Source of the DNA: Candidatus Sumerlaeaceae bacterium
GTDB taxonomy: Bacteria; Sumerlaeota; Sumerlaeia; Sumerlaeales; Sumerlaeaceae
Reading direction: 5' to 3'
Length of the DNA stretch: 64,000 nt
NCBI GenBank assembly: GCA_049968255.1
Contig: JBMFRB010000007.1
Location: 64,001-128,000 of the forward strand
Both the position numbers and the translations under genes were made by a program. The first letter of the stretch is position 1, and each line of letters opens with the position of its first letter. The notes below the pieces were generated by a model. That model made no database searches. It was not told the origin of the DNA and saw nothing but the letters and a program-made list of their open reading frames with translations. Below, piece after piece: positions 61,527-64,000 of the stretch.

Positions 61527-61982
61527 TTACGCGCTGGGTACTGATTCAGCTACTCCGCCGGCGGCCTGAATCTTCTCAATGGCACCTTTGGAGAAAGCAG
61601 TAGCTTTGACTGTCAGCTTTTTGGTGAGTTCGCCTTTGCCAAGGATTTTCACCCGCTTTGCGCTGGTTGGTATTTTGCCAGCTTTCTTGAGCATATCGAG
61701 ATCCACAACGGTATTGTCGTCGAAGCAATTCAGGACGCTCACATTGACGACGTCATACTCGACACGGAAAGGATTATGGAAGCCACGCTTAGGGACGCGC
61801 CGAATGAGTGGCATTTGCCCGCCCTCGAAAGCGCCACCGTAGCCTTTTCCGCGGCCGCTACGAGCCTGCGAGCCTTTATTTCCGTGTCCGGCCGACTTGC
61901 CAAGCCCGGATGCCTCGCCGCGGCCACGACGTTTCCGCTTCTGCAGACGCCCAGGGTCTTTCCCAAGCTCATGAATTTTCAT
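61527..61982 (-). CDS. rplO: 50S ribosomal protein L15
   Basis: RGRG..SG.GK, FEGGQMPLIRRVPKRGF, KILGKG. Confidence 0.97.
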   Translation of the reverse strand: MKIHELGKDPGRLQKRKRRGRGEASGLGKSAGHGNKGSQARSGRGKGYGGAFEGGQMPLIRRVPKRGFHNPFRVEYDVVNVSVLNCFDDNTVVDLDMLKKAGKIPTSAKRVKILGKGELTKKLTVKATAFSKGAIEKIQAAGGVAESVPSA

Positions 61983-62170
61983 GCTTCTTCCACCTTTTCT
62001 ACTTTGCAGAGGTAACCAACCTGATCAAGCATCCCCTTGATTTGAGGCGTAAGTGTGTGAACTTTCGATTGATTGAGATGAGTAAAACCGAGCGCACGCA
62101 GGGTGCGACGGTGCTTGTGAAGGCGATTGATTCCGCTTTTTACCCAGGTGATTTTGACTTTTTCTGCCAT
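61979..62170 (-). CDS. rpmD: 50S ribosomal protein L30
   Basis: KITWVKS...TLRALG...IKGM; position between rpsE and rplO. Confidence 0.95.
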   Translation of the reverse strand: MAEKVKITWVKSGINRLHKHRRTLRALGFTHLNQSKVHTLTPQIKGMLDQVGYLCKVEKVEEA

Positions 62171-62191
62171 TGTTGAGCGTGCCTCCTAAGC

Positions 62192-62947
62192 TCAGGCTGA
62201 GGCGCCTTCGCCCCCCTGCACGGGAGCCGAGGCGGCCACTTTCTGTTCCATTAGTTGCGAAGCTCGCTTCTTACCAACGATATGCTCCAATTCTTTGTTT
62301 CGAGATTTGGCAACCTCTTCCGCGCTCAGCAGCGACGAAAGTGCGCTGATTGTGGCTTTCACAACATTTATCTTATTGTTCGTGCCGAGCACCTTGGTGA
62401 GAACGTCGCCGACGCCCGCGAGCTGGAGCACCGCGCGTACCGCCGGCCCCGCGATAATTCCCGTACCCTCGGCGGCGGGTCGCAACATGACCTTGGCTGC
62501 ACCAAAGTGGCCGATAATCGGATGAGGAATTGTGCGCCCGACGAGCGGGACGCGAACGATATTCTTCTTTGCGTCTTCGACAGCTTTCGCGATGGCTTCT
62601 GGAACCTCATTGGCTTTGCCGAAACCTGCGCCCACGTGGCCATTGCCGTCGCCCACCACAACGAGAGCAGCAAAGCTGAACCGCCGACCGCCCTTCACTA
62701 CTTTGGCGGTGCGGTTGAGCATCACGAGCTCTTCTTTGAGGGCCAGCTCACTGACGGAGATCTTATTGCGAGAGCTTTCCCAAATGCGATAGAGAGACTC
62801 GACTGGAGGCTCGGCGCCAACCGCGCTAGCATCATGAGTGGCCTGGGATGCGTCAGCCGCGGCGTTCGCGCCGTTGCTTTCCTGAGGCGACGTCTCGCTA
62901 GGCGAGGGTGTCTCTTGCATTTTGTTTTCCGGGGCTTCTGGATTCAT
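62192..62947 (-). CDS. rpsE: 30S ribosomal protein S5 with N- and C-terminal extensions
   Basis: [38 protein letters not shown]. Confidence 0.97.
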   Translation of the reverse strand: MNPEAPENKMQETPSPSETSPQESNGANAAADASQATHDASAVGAEPPVESLYRIWESSRNKISVSELALKEELVMLNRTAKVVKGGRRFSFAALVVVGDGNGHVGAGFGKANEVPEAIAKAVEDAKKNIVRVPLVGRTIPHPIIGHFGAAKVMLRPAAEGTGIIAGPAVRAVLQLAGVGDVLTKVLGTNNKINVVKATISALSSLLSAEEVAKSRNKELEHIVGKKRASQLMEQKVAASAPVQGGEGASA

Positions 62948-63002
62948 GCTCACCGTTTTCCTGCCTTTTTCCAACCTCGTGTATTGAGCGTAACCAACGC
63001 CA

Positions 63003-63371
63003 TTAGAATTTTAATCCACTTTCGCGAACCGCTTCCGCAAAAGCCTTCACGACGCCGTGGTAGGGGTATCCACTGCGATCGAATACGACCTTTGTGATTC
63101 CTGCGGCGATCGCTTTTTCGGCGATTTCCTTGCCAAGACGCTTTGCGTACTCCTGATTGGCGAAGGTCTTTCTGCCTTCGGCCTTCAGTGTTTTCGTGTT
63201 CGTCGTGACCGCGGCCAACGTGCGTCCGGCCAAGTCGTCCACGAGCTGTGCGTAGAGATGCCGTAGGCTTTTGTAAATGCAAAGACGCGGTCGTTCCGGA
63301 GTTCCGGAAACTTTTTTGCGTATGCGCTTTTTGCGGCGTTCACGCAATTCGTATTTGTGTTTAATCAACAT
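63003..63371 (-). CDS. rplR: 50S ribosomal protein L18
   Basis: [27 protein letters not shown]. Confidence 0.97.
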   Translation of the reverse strand: MLIKHKYELRERRKKRIRKKVSGTPERPRLCIYKSLRHLYAQLVDDLAGRTLAAVTTNTKTLKAEGRKTFANQEYAKRLGKEIAEKAIAAGITKVVFDRSGYPYHGVVKAFAEAVRESGLKF

Positions 63372-63430
63372 AGAGTTTCACCCTTCCGTCCACCGCGAGT
63401 AGGTGGCACATTGCCTTGGGTTGTGATGTG

Positions 63431-63970
63431 TTACTTTGCACCTGCTTTTCCAACTTTGCGGAGAATCTTCTCATCCACGTACTTGATCCCTTTGCCCTTG
63501 TAGGGTTCAGGCGGCCGCAGGGCGCGAATGTTTGCGGCCACTTGGCCGACTGCCTGTTTGTCGTACCCGGAAACGATAATCGAAGTAGGCTTTGGGACCT
63601 CGATAGTAATACCGGTGGGGGGATCGAATTCCACGGGGTGCGAATAGCCCAATTGGAGCACAAGCTTTTTGCCCTCCATAGAGGCGCGGTAGCCGACACC
63701 GTTAATTTCAAGCTCCTTTTTGAAGCCTTCGCTGACACCGATGACCATATTGCGGATAAGGCGCTGGGCCAAGCCGTGAAACGCTCGGGCCTGCCGATCA
63801 TCGCCATGACGCGAGACGTGCACAGCACCATCGCGAACCTCAGCCGACACACGATCTGGCAGCACCCACGTCATTTGACCTTTGGGCCCTTTGACGACGA
63901 TCTCGTTGACCGTGATTTTGACCTCAGTGCCTTTCGGGATCGGTACAGGTACTTTTCCTATCCGGCTCAT
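63431..63970 (-). CDS. rplF: 50S ribosomal protein L6
   Basis: MSRIGK, GVGYRA, LGYSHP, RPPEPYKGKGI. Confidence 0.98.
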   Translation of the reverse strand: MSRIGKVPVPIPKGTEVKITVNEIVVKGPKGQMTWVLPDRVSAEVRDGAVHVSRHGDDRQARAFHGLAQRLIRNMVIGVSEGFKKELEINGVGYRASMEGKKLVLQLGYSHPVEFDPPTGITIEVPKPTSIIVSGYDKQAVGQVAANIRALRPPEPYKGKGIKYVDEKILRKVGKAGAK

Positions 63971-64000
63971 CTTTTTTATCTTTCCTGCTTAGTCACTTGT

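Overview
Core chromosomal DNA from a GC-rich, probably Gram-negative bacterium (a lipid A acyltransferase-like gene is present). The window is densely coding. It runs from the 3' end of a MacB-type ABC ATPase through a WYL regulator, a GT4 glycosyltransferase, glgC, tatD, a GT-C membrane glycosyltransferase, argH, a DUF1998 helicase and a GldAFG/DUF4340 ABC cluster. It continues with gltA divergent from nifJ (PFOR) plus a DHOD-like gene, bioD, two radical SAM genes, dacB-ubiA-recF, clpC, tRNA-Arg(TCT), a MoxR/DUF58 operon and holB. It ends with an Rrf2-cysK-sulfonate-type ABC cluster, an envelope-glycan run, and the distal spc ribosomal operon (rplF to secY-map). I saw no CRISPR array, transposase or prophage. 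The most intriguing part is 190-1800: a WYL gene followed by a TGAC-N7-GTCA palindrome, an unannotated nested-hairpin RNA candidate with its own terminator, and an inverted decayed MacA-like fragment. Family assignments come from motif recognition by eye, not database searches.
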